A DNA stretch of 64,000 nucleotides, from contig JAGCVT010000037.1 in assembly GCA_017962225.1 (NCBI GenBank), forward strand, positions 22,046 through 86,045, given 5' to 3'. The translations under genes and the position numbers were made by a program. Below, in pieces: positions 38,929-48,383 of the stretch (position 1 is its first letter; the number at the start of each line of letters is the position of its first letter). Origin of the DNA: Lachnospiraceae bacterium (GTDB taxonomy: Bacteria > Bacillota > Clostridia > Lachnospirales > Lachnospiraceae). A model generated the notes under the pieces. That model saw only the letters and a list, made by a program, of their open reading frames with translations. It was not told where the DNA came from and did not search any database.

Positions 38929-39671
38929 TGGATAATATGACAGGTAAAATTCATTCAATAGAAACTTTTGGAGCAGTCGACGGACCGGGTGTACGGTTCG
39001 TCGTCTTTTTTCAGGGCTGTCCGATGCGCTGCGCATACTGTCATAATCCCGATACCTGGGATGTAAACGGCGGTACTGAAATGTCTGTAGATGAGATATA
39101 TAAAAGATTTGAGAGAAACAAAGCCTTTTATGAGAAGGGCGGAGTTACGGCGTCGGGCGGCGAACCCATGATGCAGATTGATTTCCTGACAGAGCTCTTT
39201 AAAAGATTTCATGATGAAGGCGTGCACACCTGTCTCGACACTTCGGGAATAATGTTTAAAGAAGGCAGTGAAAAGATTGATAAACTGCTTGAAGTTACCG
39301 ACCTTGTGATGCTTGATATCAAACGTTACGATCGTGAGGGTCATAAGGAACTTACGGGTCATTACAATGACGGAATTCTTGCTTTCGCGAAATATCTATC
39401 CGATCACAATAAAAAAATGTGGGTGCGATTTGTATGCGTTCCCGGTGTGACTGATTTCGATGATGAACTTAAGGAATACGGTAAGTTTTTATCCGAGCTT
39501 AAAACCCTTGAAGCGCTGGATGTTCTTCCTTATCACACTATGGGTGTAAAGAAGTATGAAGCACTCGGAATTCCTTACAGACTTGAAGGAATAAAGCCTG
39601 CGGCTTCGGAATATGCAAACGCGAAAAAAGAAATTATTTTAGAAGCTGTAAATGCGAATAAAAAAGAGTAG
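38928..39671 (+). CDS. pflA: PFL activating enzyme (radical SAM)
   Basis: VDGPGVR, CPMRCAYCHNPDTW, SGGEP, LPYH; TAATG overlap with pflB. Confidence 0.96.
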   Translation: MDNMTGKIHSIETFGAVDGPGVRFVVFFQGCPMRCAYCHNPDTWDVNGGTEMSVDEIYKRFERNKAFYEKGGVTASGGEPMMQIDFLTELFKRFHDEGVHTCLDTSGIMFKEGSEKIDKLLEVTDLVMLDIKRYDREGHKELTGHYNDGILAFAKYLSDHNKKMWVRFVCVPGVTDFDDELKEYGKFLSELKTLEALDVLPYHTMGVKKYEALGIPYRLEGIKPAASEYANAKKEIILEAVNANKKE

Positions 39672-39704
39672 TTTAAAAAGACTAATTTGGTGTAATATAA
39701 GAGT

Positions 39705-40316
39705 ATGTACAGAAAATTTTTTAAAAGACTTTTAGATATAATTATTTCTTTTAACGGAATCCTTTTCTTGGGAATTCCTATGCTTGTTATTGCATTGATC
39801 ATAAAAATCGAAGATCCCGGTCCTGCATTCTTTAAACAAAAAAGAGTAGGCCTTCACAAGAAACATTTTATGCTCATAAAATTCAGAAGCATGAGGATGG
39901 ATACACCGCCTGATGTACCCACGCATATGCTTAAAAACCCTGGACAGTATATTTTAAAAAGCGGCGATTTTTTAAGAAAATCAAGCCTCGATGAACTGCC
40001 CCAGCTCTTTAACATTTTCGCAGGACAGATGAGTATAGTAGGCCCGAGACCGGCACTTTGGAATCAGGATGATCTGATAAAAGAGAGAGATAAATACGGA
40101 GCAAACGATGTAAAGCCCGGACTTACAGGCTGGGCGCAGATAAACGGAAGAGACGAACTTCCGATTCCGGTTAAGGCAAAACTTGACGGAGAATATGTTG
40201 AAAAATTATCCTTCGTTTTTGATCTTAAATGTTTCTTTAAAACTTTCGGCAAAGTAATCAAACATGAAGGCGTGGTTGAGGGCGGAACCGGAGCCATGAA
40301 CAAAGACAATTCGTAA
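39705..40316 (+). CDS. Priming phosphoglycosyl transferase (short bacterial sugar transferase)
   Basis: KRLLDI, KFRSM, SLDELPQLFNI, MSIVGPRP, KPGLTGWAQINGR. Confidence 0.93.
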   Translation: MYRKFFKRLLDIIISFNGILFLGIPMLVIALIIKIEDPGPAFFKQKRVGLHKKHFMLIKFRSMRMDTPPDVPTHMLKNPGQYILKSGDFLRKSSLDELPQLFNIFAGQMSIVGPRPALWNQDDLIKERDKYGANDVKPGLTGWAQINGRDELPIPVKAKLDGEYVEKLSFVFDLKCFFKTFGKVIKHEGVVEGGTGAMNKDNS

Positions 40317-40383
40317 TCATCCATAAACAATTAACTCCTTATTCGTGTATAATATAAGAGGGGCACGAATAAGGAGTATTTTT

Positions 40384-42147
40384 ATGGGCAAAATCAAAAA
40401 ACTGATTCCTTTAATCACAATAGAAACAGCAGTTATTTTAATGCTTTTTAGCCAGTATATTTTTATTCTGGATGTGACAAAATATACCAATAATTTTATA
40501 TTCGGCTTTTTTGATCTGGCGTTTGGTTATTTATACATCATTAAATATATAGCGGCACTGATAATTATGTACTTAATTGTGCATGATAAAAAAGGAATTG
40601 TTTCCGGATATATCGGAATGGCTTATGTGTTGCTGTCGGGTCTTTTTCTCATATATAATTTCTTTAATTACTATGATTATGAGACACCGTTACTTGAGCA
40701 GTTCTTTATATACTTTGATCCGTTTATCATTTATATTGCTTTCGCAATAGTTTTCATTTGTTTTATCACGGAGAAAGGGAAAAAGTCTTTTCTTTTCATT
40801 GTTACTTTAGCCGTTACAATCGCGGATATGATTGTTGGATCTGTATACTATTATGGTTATGTTACGAATTATTCATATACTGACGGAATTTACAGCAGTT
40901 TTGAATCGTTTCTTTTGAATGTTATTAATACCGATTTCTGTTTTCACTGGTGCTTATGCTGCTTTATTTTTGCTGTTGAAACAATATTAATACTAATCTT
41001 TGCTATTCCTGCCCGTAAAAAAGAATCCGACGCAGAAAAAGATGAGGAAATCAAAATTCCCACGATTTTAATTACTGTTTTGGTTTCACTTCTTTTATCG
41101 TTTCTTACGATTATTTTAGTTCTCAGACCGTTAATAAAAAGTTTCGATTATGCAAATTATGAAGACTCATTTGCTCATAAAGTAATTGAATGGATACCGC
41201 AGACTGCTGACAGAATGGCAAAAGTATCTTCGAAACAAATACTGTCGGAAAACCTGTTTGATTTAGATGAGGATGCGGAATGGGTATTTTATCCTGAAGA
41301 CAATATGATCGGGCTTGTTGCCATAGCTAAAGAAGACGGGGACAGAGAGAATACGATAATTCTTGCATTCAGATATTTAAAATCGGCTAAGAATATCAGA
41401 AGTACGATTATTAACTATGATTATCTTGACTGCAGCGCACGATATGGCGGGTTTAGTTTTGATGATCCGGAATTATATGAAAAGAAAAAGATTTATTTTG
41501 TGAAACTTAAGTATGACAACAGAATAGTAGAGCCGAGAGTTATCAGATTTGATAAGGATGACGAGAGAGTTAATATCGATATATCAGATGATAATATTGA
41601 ATTATCACACTGCTATTTCGGAAGTAAAATAATAAGAGTAAAGCATCAGAATTATGACGCTTCAACCGGTATGTGGGGAGAAGTCATTACTGAAGAAAGT
41701 AATTGGGATCTTGAACCGGGCATACCGTATGTTCAGTGGCAAGAGCTTCAGGTTGTGGATGGAGCAAACTTGTATAGAAGTGAGGACGGGATAGATATAG
41801 TCGTCCACCGTTATGATTACGAATATCCTCAGTATAATATTTTCGGCGAAATCGTAAAACCTCAGAAAACGGAAATGTATGTTTATATTTGCTGTAATGA
41901 TGGATTAAGCGATGAGATTTTATCCGAAATAAACAATGTTAAACTATATCATAAAAACGGAGAATCTTACGAGGATATTACACCAAAAGATTTTACGGTT
42001 GAGCCAAACGGCCTTTCGGAATATCAGGCAACTTATAATTTGGAAAGCGATGAACTCGGAGAGCTTACGGAGGGAAATTATATTCTTAAATACGGAGAAT
42101 ATAACGTAGAATTTGAGTTGAAAATTCAGACATTTGAAGCGTGGTAA
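40384..42147 (+). CDS. Hypothetical membrane protein (about 7 N-terminal TM plus large acidic soluble domain)
   Basis: Long ORF; AAGGAG RBS before ATG 40384; no recognised motif. Confidence 0.6.
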   Translation: MGKIKKLIPLITIETAVILMLFSQYIFILDVTKYTNNFIFGFFDLAFGYLYIIKYIAALIIMYLIVHDKKGIVSGYIGMAYVLLSGLFLIYNFFNYYDYETPLLEQFFIYFDPFIIYIAFAIVFICFITEKGKKSFLFIVTLAVTIADMIVGSVYYYGYVTNYSYTDGIYSSFESFLLNVINTDFCFHWCLCCFIFAVETILILIFAIPARKKESDAEKDEEIKIPTILITVLVSLLLSFLTIILVLRPLIKSFDYANYEDSFAHKVIEWIPQTADRMAKVSSKQILSENLFDLDEDAEWVFYPEDNMIGLVAIAKEDGDRENTIILAFRYLKSAKNIRSTIINYDYLDCSARYGGFSFDDPELYEKKKIYFVKLKYDNRIVEPRVIRFDKDDERVNIDISDDNIELSHCYFGSKIIRVKHQNYDASTGMWGEVITEESNWDLEPGIPYVQWQELQVVDGANLYRSEDGIDIVVHRYDYEYPQYNIFGEIVKPQKTEMYVYICCNDGLSDEILSEINNVKLYHKNGESYEDITPKDFTVEPNGLSEYQATYNLESDELGELTEGNYILKYGEYNVEFELKIQTFEAW

Positions 42148-42149
42148 AA

Positions 42150-42653
42150 TTATTTTTTACGGCGCAGAGACAGTTTCCTAAAAAGCAAAAACAAAAGAAT
42201 GGAAAACGATGCGCCCGTCATATCCAGGAGCACATCCCAGACGCTTGAGTAACGTCCCGTGAAATACTGGATGGTTTCGTCTAAACTTGCCACAAGAAGA
42301 GAAAATATAAAAGCGGTCGGATAAAAGAAGAAAACTCTTTTTATCAGGCCTCTTTTTTTATCGTCACTTAACGGTTCGATTTTATTCACTGTAATAAGAA
42401 TCGTAAGCTCGAGTCCGAGAACTGCGTACTCAAAAAAGTGTGCGCTTTTTCTTATAACGATTTCAGGTATCGTAAAAGTTTCGTTGTTACTCACACTCTG
42501 AACCACGGCTTCAACGATTTCCTTAACGAAGCTGCTTTCCTCGGATGACATTTCGGGAGTCATAAAAGAATGCCCCCAGATGATTAAAACCGTGAGCAGA
42601 ATGATGACAGACAATATTATTCTTATTTTGTTAGTATTTTTAGGTTTATTCAT
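42150..42653 (-). CDS. VanZ family protein
   Basis: IRKSAHFFEYAVLG, DETIQYF, DVLLDMTG. Confidence 0.9.
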   Translation of the reverse strand: MNKPKNTNKIRIILSVIILLTVLIIWGHSFMTPEMSSEESSFVKEIVEAVVQSVSNNETFTIPEIVIRKSAHFFEYAVLGLELTILITVNKIEPLSDDKKRGLIKRVFFFYPTAFIFSLLVASLDETIQYFTGRYSSVWDVLLDMTGASFSILLFLLFRKLSLRRKK

Positions 42654-42659
42654 TTTCTT

Positions 42660-43262
42660 TTATAAAAGGTACCTGCTTAAAAATACAAGCACAAGGAAGA
42701 AGTAAGGGAGATTTGAAAAGATTTCAGAATCATCTTTATAAACATGCCTTTCCACGATGCCTGTAACGGGAATTATTGCCGCATATGTAAATACAAAGAG
42801 GCAGAGATTTGCCAAAGGGTTGTATAATACCGATGCTAGGAAACAAAGAAACATTATGACCGCGCAGGGTATGTATTTCTTAAGTATCTGCCACGGGCTC
42901 TTCTTATCGTCCTTATAAACCGCTATACACAGTAAAATCAGGGCAGCAGGCGCAAACAGTAAGAGAAAATCACCGTACAGTATTACTACCTGTACAAATG
43001 CCTTAAAGCCCGTAAAATCAAAAGGACTCACTTTAAGATCTGCCTTAAAAGTTATGTTGGGCAGGAACGCAAAGCAGACTGCAAGGCATCTGAAGAGAGA
43101 TTCCGGTCTTATCTGCATCGTAAGGACAGTTGCAACTGCCGCGAGCATGGCAAAAAGCACAAGGCGGATTAAGCTCTGTGATTTGTAGTAAAGCACAAAC
43201 ATCATTATGAATGAAAGCGCTATGGACAGTATTCGGTTAACCAAAAGCTTTTTGTTTTTCAT
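42660..43262 (-). CDS. Hypothetical membrane protein
   Basis: Hydrophobic ORF tightly spaced within a minus-strand operon. Confidence 0.6.
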   Translation of the reverse strand: MKNKKLLVNRILSIALSFIMMFVLYYKSQSLIRLVLFAMLAAVATVLTMQIRPESLFRCLAVCFAFLPNITFKADLKVSPFDFTGFKAFVQVVILYGDFLLLFAPAALILLCIAVYKDDKKSPWQILKKYIPCAVIMFLCFLASVLYNPLANLCLFVFTYAAIIPVTGIVERHVYKDDSEIFSNLPYFFLVLVFLSRYLL

Positions 43263-43277
43263 TTTCCGAATTCTCTT

Positions 43278-44417
43278 TTAAACTGCGGGGAAGATTATTT
43301 CCGAGCAGACTTTAATGATTGCATATAAAACAAACGAAGAGGTCAGAAGTATTACCATCGGTCTCGTTTTTTTATGATTTTCATACAGTCTCGAAATCAC
43401 CGAAACCATATATGTTATCAGCACGCACATAATACCGAAGGATGCTCTCTGCGGGTAAGCGGGCGATAAAAACATCGCGCCCTGGGCAATTACCGCAAAG
43501 GCGAACAAAGCGATATCTCGGGGTTTTATTTCTTTTATGATGTAAATCTGGATTACCAGAAGGATAATCGCAAACAGAAACGAGGGCAGCAGGAAACTGC
43601 AGCCGGAAAGCAGGAAGGAATCGATTCTGCCCCTTATAATGCTCATAAAAGGAGCCTTCTCGACGAACTGGTTTCTGACGAAATTGCCCGGTGCCAAGAT
43701 AAGAAGCGCACTTCCTAAAAGCGTCATAAAAGCACCTTCGTAGAGGTAGATAGGAATCTTTCTCTTTTTTATCGCAAGGAAAATGATGACTCCGACGGTG
43801 AGAACGAAGCAGGTGGGGCCCATGTTTTCGGTGCTCCAGCCGGCAATGAGTGCCAGAGGAATTATCCAGAAATATTCGGCCTTTTTAGCTTTCAAAACTT
43901 CGGCGCCTTCATAATCCATTTCTTTTAGGATTACCATTACATACAAAAGAATCCAGGACGTCGAGTAAAGATAGTTGACCGAGCCCGATTCCCAGAGCAT
44001 GGAAAAGAAGAGGCTTGCGTTAAAAGCCACGATTAAAGCTTCGCATAAAAGATACATCAGAGGATTTTTGGCGCGGGAAGCCTTAAAGATTACAAATCCG
44101 AGGATGATTGTTGCCAGGATATTCAAAACATCGGCAGCAGCCTCGCCTGAAGCCAGCACGGCCTGAAGAAGGGCATGGTTGATGCTTCGTCCGCCCCAGT
44201 TGAAATAATGCCAGATCTGGCTCTCTATGATATCGCCTAAGGATGTAACCTTCTCTCCGGTGACCAGGTTGGTGGCGTACCAGAGGTCATCCCTCATAAA
44301 AGGGGTAATTCTGTGCGCAATGAACTGTATTATCAGCAGAATTGCCACAGAAACGGCGGTTATGATATAGAGTTTTATATTCTTGTTTTCTTTTTTTACA
44401 GTGTTATTGGTTTCCAT
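43278..44417 (-). CDS. DUF6056-like polytopic membrane protein, putative GT-C glycosyltransferase
   Basis: MRDDLWY after TM1, HYFNWGGR, WESGSVNY, GWSTEN, APGNFVR; start METNN preferred because an extended -10 (TGtTATAAT) lies too close to ATG 44453. Confidence 0.7.
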   Translation of the reverse strand: METNNTVKKENKNIKLYIITAVSVAILLIIQFIAHRITPFMRDDLWYATNLVTGEKVTSLGDIIESQIWHYFNWGGRSINHALLQAVLASGEAAADVLNILATIILGFVIFKASRAKNPLMYLLCEALIVAFNASLFFSMLWESGSVNYLYSTSWILLYVMVILKEMDYEGAEVLKAKKAEYFWIIPLALIAGWSTENMGPTCFVLTVGVIIFLAIKKRKIPIYLYEGAFMTLLGSALLILAPGNFVRNQFVEKAPFMSIIRGRIDSFLLSGCSFLLPSFLFAIILLVIQIYIIKEIKPRDIALFAFAVIAQGAMFLSPAYPQRASFGIMCVLITYMVSVISRLYENHKKTRPMVILLTSSFVLYAIIKVCSEIIFPAV

Positions 44418-44560
44418 AATTTTTCCGAGGGGATTTTTTGTCCCACAACTCATAAAATTATAACATATATTTTGTTTTGAAACATCAAAATCACTTCCTT
44501 TTATTTGCGATTTATAGTAAACTGTTTAATTGTGAGAAATATTGCAAAAGGTGAAACAAC

Positions 44561-46357
44561 ATGTATTTTTTTAATGTAATTTCGCTTCTCGGCGGCCTCG
44601 CTCTTTTCCTCTACGGAATGCGTTTGATGGGCAACAGCTTAAAGGAAGGTCAGTCCGGAACTTTAAAGGTTATAATGGGAAAAGTCACAGACAACCCTGT
44701 CAAAGCTTTTCTTTTAGGTTTACTTGTTACGGCGGTTATTCAGTCATCCACCGCTACTATTGTTATAACCTCAGGTCTTGTAGCCGCAGGCATTATTTCT
44801 CTTAATCAGTCACTGGGCATTATAGTCGGAGCGAACGTCGGTACAACCGTTACAGGTCAGATTATCAGACTCCTTGATGTCAACGGTGATTCTTTTATTC
44901 TAAGATTATTCCAGCCGTCGACCTTGGCGCCTATTGCGTTAATTCTCGGCATTACTTTCATAATGTTTATCAAATTCAAAAAATCGGACAATATCGGTAA
45001 TATTGCCGTCGGTTTCGGTATTCTTTTCACCGGACTTCTCAATATGACGGCAGCGGTAAGCGGTCTTAAAGAGAGCGGAATAATAGATGCACTCTTCTTA
45101 GGACTCGGCAATAAGCCGGTTTTAGGATATATAGTAGGTGCAGGCGTTGCTTTTACGCTCCAGTCTTCATCGGCCACAATCGGTATCTTACAGGCTATTT
45201 CAATGGCAGGAGATATTCCGTTTAAAGTTGCTTACGTTATCATCGTCGGCGTTTATTTAGGCGACTGTGTAACAACCGCAATTGTCTGTTCAATCGGTGC
45301 AAAGAGCGATTCGAAGCGTGTAGGTCTTGTAAATATTATGTACAACCTGGCAAAAACGCTCTTGGTAATTGTAGTTGTATTTGTGATTCATAAAATCGGC
45401 CTGCTTAATAACCTCTGGGATATGCGAATGACCTCAGGTACAATTGCCAATACCAACACGGTATTCAACTTAGCCTGTGCAATTATAATGCTTCCTTTTA
45501 TGAAGCTTCTCGGTAATGTCAGCCGTAAGGTTGTTAAGGATAAGGTAACACCAGAAGGCAAATATGATGATAAGATTGCAGGATTAAACCCTGTATTCTT
45601 CAATACACCCGCCATCGCATTCGGCGGATGCTACGACTGTCTTGATGCCATGATTCATGCATCCAACGACAATATCGAAAAATCAATTGCCTTAGTCAGA
45701 AAGTTTGACGAAAAAGTATTTGACGAATTAAATGAGGAAGAAGAAAACATAGACCATCTTACCGACTGTGTCGACACATATCTTGTTAATCTCTCGCCTC
45801 ATGTTAAGGAAGATATTCATGTTCGTATAATGACCGAATATCACAGAGTTGTTAAGGAATTCGAAAGACTGGGCGATCACGCGGTTAATATCGCGGAAGA
45901 TGCAAAAGAACTTTCCGACAACGATACAGCTTTCAGCGAACAGGCTTTAGGCGAACTCGATATTGCCTTTGACCTGATGAAAAAGATATTAAATTACACG
46001 ATTATCGGTTTCGAAAGAAGAGATATCGAGGCGGCAAAGCATATTGAGCCGTTAGAGGAAGTAATGGATGATTTAACCAATACTCTTCACGACAACCATC
46101 TCGCCAGATTAAGAGAAGGTAACTGTTCTGTTCAGGCAGGCATTGTATTCCTTGACATCCTGGCCAATATGGAAAGAATCGCCGATATCTGTTCGAATAT
46201 AGGTATTGCGATTATCGCCAGAAAGTCACCCGAAGCAGGACTTGCACATACATATGTTTCCGCACTTCACCAGGGCGGCGACAGCGATTTCAACGACGAA
46301 TACATTCAGGCTCATTCCGAATATTTCGGAAGACTGTCCGGAGAGACACCCGAATAA
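44561..46357 (+). CDS. Na/Pi cotransporter family protein with PhoU domains
   Basis: QSSTAT and QSSSAT repeats, GANVGTTVT; C-terminal ERLGDHAVNIAE and ERIADICSNI. Confidence 0.92.
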   Translation: MYFFNVISLLGGLALFLYGMRLMGNSLKEGQSGTLKVIMGKVTDNPVKAFLLGLLVTAVIQSSTATIVITSGLVAAGIISLNQSLGIIVGANVGTTVTGQIIRLLDVNGDSFILRLFQPSTLAPIALILGITFIMFIKFKKSDNIGNIAVGFGILFTGLLNMTAAVSGLKESGIIDALFLGLGNKPVLGYIVGAGVAFTLQSSSATIGILQAISMAGDIPFKVAYVIIVGVYLGDCVTTAIVCSIGAKSDSKRVGLVNIMYNLAKTLLVIVVVFVIHKIGLLNNLWDMRMTSGTIANTNTVFNLACAIIMLPFMKLLGNVSRKVVKDKVTPEGKYDDKIAGLNPVFFNTPAIAFGGCYDCLDAMIHASNDNIEKSIALVRKFDEKVFDELNEEEENIDHLTDCVDTYLVNLSPHVKEDIHVRIMTEYHRVVKEFERLGDHAVNIAEDAKELSDNDTAFSEQALGELDIAFDLMKKILNYTIIGFERRDIEAAKHIEPLEEVMDDLTNTLHDNHLARLREGNCSVQAGIVFLDILANMERIADICSNIGIAIIARKSPEAGLAHTYVSALHQGGDSDFNDEYIQAHSEYFGRLSGETPE

Positions 46358-46398
46358 AATAAAAAAATATATAAAAGTATGAAAAGGAGCATAAGCGT

Positions 46399-47112
46399 AT
46401 GGAAAAGCAGAATCTTTCAGAAATTTTGAAAAACAATTCATATCCCGGAAGAGGTATCGTAATCGGTAAGAGCGCATGCGGCAAATATGCGGTAACTGCA
46501 TATTTTATCATGGGCAGAAGTACCAACTCACGTAACCGTATCTTCGTGGAGGACGGAAACGGATTAAGAACACAGGCTTTCGATGAATCCAAACTCGAGG
46601 ATCCGAGCCTCATTATTTATGCTCCCGTCAGAGTACTTGGCAATAAAACAATCGTTACAAACGGCGATCAGACAGATACCATTTACGAAGGAATGGATAA
46701 GCAGATGACATTCGAACAGTCACTTCGTTCACGCTGCTACGAGCCCGATGCTCCCAACTTGACTCCGAGAATTTCAGGTATCATGCATGTTGAAAACGGC
46801 AAATACAACTACGCACTTTCCATCTTAAAGAGCAACAACGGAAGAGAAGGCGCTCACAACCGTTTCACATTTGCTTATGAAAATCCTTTCGCAGGCGAAG
46901 GCCACTTCATCCATACATACGAAAGCGACGGAAATCCCCTTCCTTCATTCGAAGGCGAGCCTACATGGGTTGGAATCTCCGGCGACATCGATGCTTTCAC
47001 AAACGAAGTATGGAACTCTTTAAATGAAGACAACAAAGTTTCATTATTTGTAAGATACATTGATATTGAGACAGGCGAATTCGAGACAAGAATTGTTAAT
47101 AAGAATAAATAG
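46399..47112 (+). CDS. purO: IMP cyclohydrolase, PurO-like (Ntn fold)
   Basis: YPGRGI, YFIMGRS, IVTNGDQTD, EPDAPNLTPRISG. Confidence 0.85.
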   Translation: MEKQNLSEILKNNSYPGRGIVIGKSACGKYAVTAYFIMGRSTNSRNRIFVEDGNGLRTQAFDESKLEDPSLIIYAPVRVLGNKTIVTNGDQTDTIYEGMDKQMTFEQSLRSRCYEPDAPNLTPRISGIMHVENGKYNYALSILKSNNGREGAHNRFTFAYENPFAGEGHFIHTYESDGNPLPSFEGEPTWVGISGDIDAFTNEVWNSLNEDNKVSLFVRYIDIETGEFETRIVNKNK

Positions 47113-47128
47113 TTTTAAGGAGTAAATT

Positions 47129-48304
47129 ATGAAAGAACTTGAACTTAAGTACGGTTGTAACCCCAACCAGAAGCCCAGCAAGATTTTTGTAAATGACGGA
47201 AGAGAACTTCCCATCACAGTATTAAACGGCAAGCCCGGATACATCAACTTCATGGATGCATTCAACGGCTGGCAGCTCGTAAAAGAATTAAAAGAAGCAA
47301 CAGGTCTTCCCGCAGCTACAAGCTTTAAGCATGTTTCACCCGCAGGTGCAGCAGTAGGTCTTCCTTTAGACGACGTACTTGCTAAGATTTACTGGGTAGA
47401 CGATTTGGGCGAACTTTCACCCCTTGCATGCGCATACGCAAGAGCAAGAGGCGCTGACAGAATGTCAAGCTTCGGCGATTTTATTTCACTTTCTGACATT
47501 TGTGACGTTTCCACAGCCAAGATTATCAAGAGAGAAGTTTCCGACGGCGTTATCGCTCCCGGATACGAGCCTGAAGCACTTGAAATCTTAAAAGCTAAAA
47601 AAGGCGGAAACTACAATGTTATCCAGATTGATCCCGATTACAAGCCCGAACCCATCGAGCACAAGGATGTATTCGGTATCACATTTGAGCAGGGCAGAAA
47701 CGAATTCAAGATCAACAACGAGCTTTTAAGCGAAATCGTTACTAAGAATAAGGAACTTCCCGACCTTGCAAAGATCGACCTTATCATTTCGCTTATTACA
47801 TTAAAATATACACAGTCTAACTCCGTCTGCTTCGCAAAGGGCGGACAGGCAATCGGTATCGGTGCAGGACAGCAGTCCAGAGTTCACTGTACAAGACTTG
47901 CAGGCAGCAAGGCTGACAACTGGATGCTTCGTCAGTGTCCCAAGGTACTTGAACTTCAGTTCGTAGACGGACTCGGCCGTGCAGACAGAGACAACGCAAT
48001 TGATAACTACATCGGCGACGAACTCGACTGTCTCGCAGAAGGCAACTGGCAGAAGATTTTCAAGGTTAAACCCGAAATCTTTACCAAAGAAGAAAAGAGA
48101 GCATGGCTCGATCAGATGACCGACGTTGCACTCGGATCTGACGCATTCTTCCCCTTCTCGGACAACATCGAGAGAGCAAAGAAGAGCGGCGTTAAGTACA
48201 TCGCAGAGCCCGGCGGATCCGTAAGAGACGACCTCGTTATCGAATGTGCCGACAAGTACGGCATGGTAATGTGCTTCACAAAGATGAGACTGTTCCATCA
48301 TTAA
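47129..48304 (+). CDS. purH: AICAR formyltransferase (PurH C-terminal domain only)
   Basis: [44 protein letters not shown]; lacks N-terminal IMPCH/MGS domain. Confidence 0.93.
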   Translation: MKELELKYGCNPNQKPSKIFVNDGRELPITVLNGKPGYINFMDAFNGWQLVKELKEATGLPAATSFKHVSPAGAAVGLPLDDVLAKIYWVDDLGELSPLACAYARARGADRMSSFGDFISLSDICDVSTAKIIKREVSDGVIAPGYEPEALEILKAKKGGNYNVIQIDPDYKPEPIEHKDVFGITFEQGRNEFKINNELLSEIVTKNKELPDLAKIDLIISLITLKYTQSNSVCFAKGGQAIGIGAGQQSRVHCTRLAGSKADNWMLRQCPKVLELQFVDGLGRADRDNAIDNYIGDELDCLAEGNWQKIFKVKPEIFTKEEKRAWLDQMTDVALGSDAFFPFSDNIERAKKSGVKYIAEPGGSVRDDLVIECADKYGMVMCFTKMRLFHH

Positions 48305-48311
48305 AAATGAA

Positions 48312-48368
48312 CAATTGGGGACGGTTCTTAATTGATCAAAAAAGTCAAAATAGAACCGTCCCCAATTG
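48312..48368. repeat. 45-bp palindromic REP-like element, copy 2 (core 48318..48362, extended by CAATTG arms)
   Basis: CAATTGGGGACGGTTCT...AGAACCGTCCCCAATTG; core 41/45 identical to reverse complement of 31011..31055. Confidence 0.8.
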
Positions 48369-48383
48369 ACACAATATTAATTT

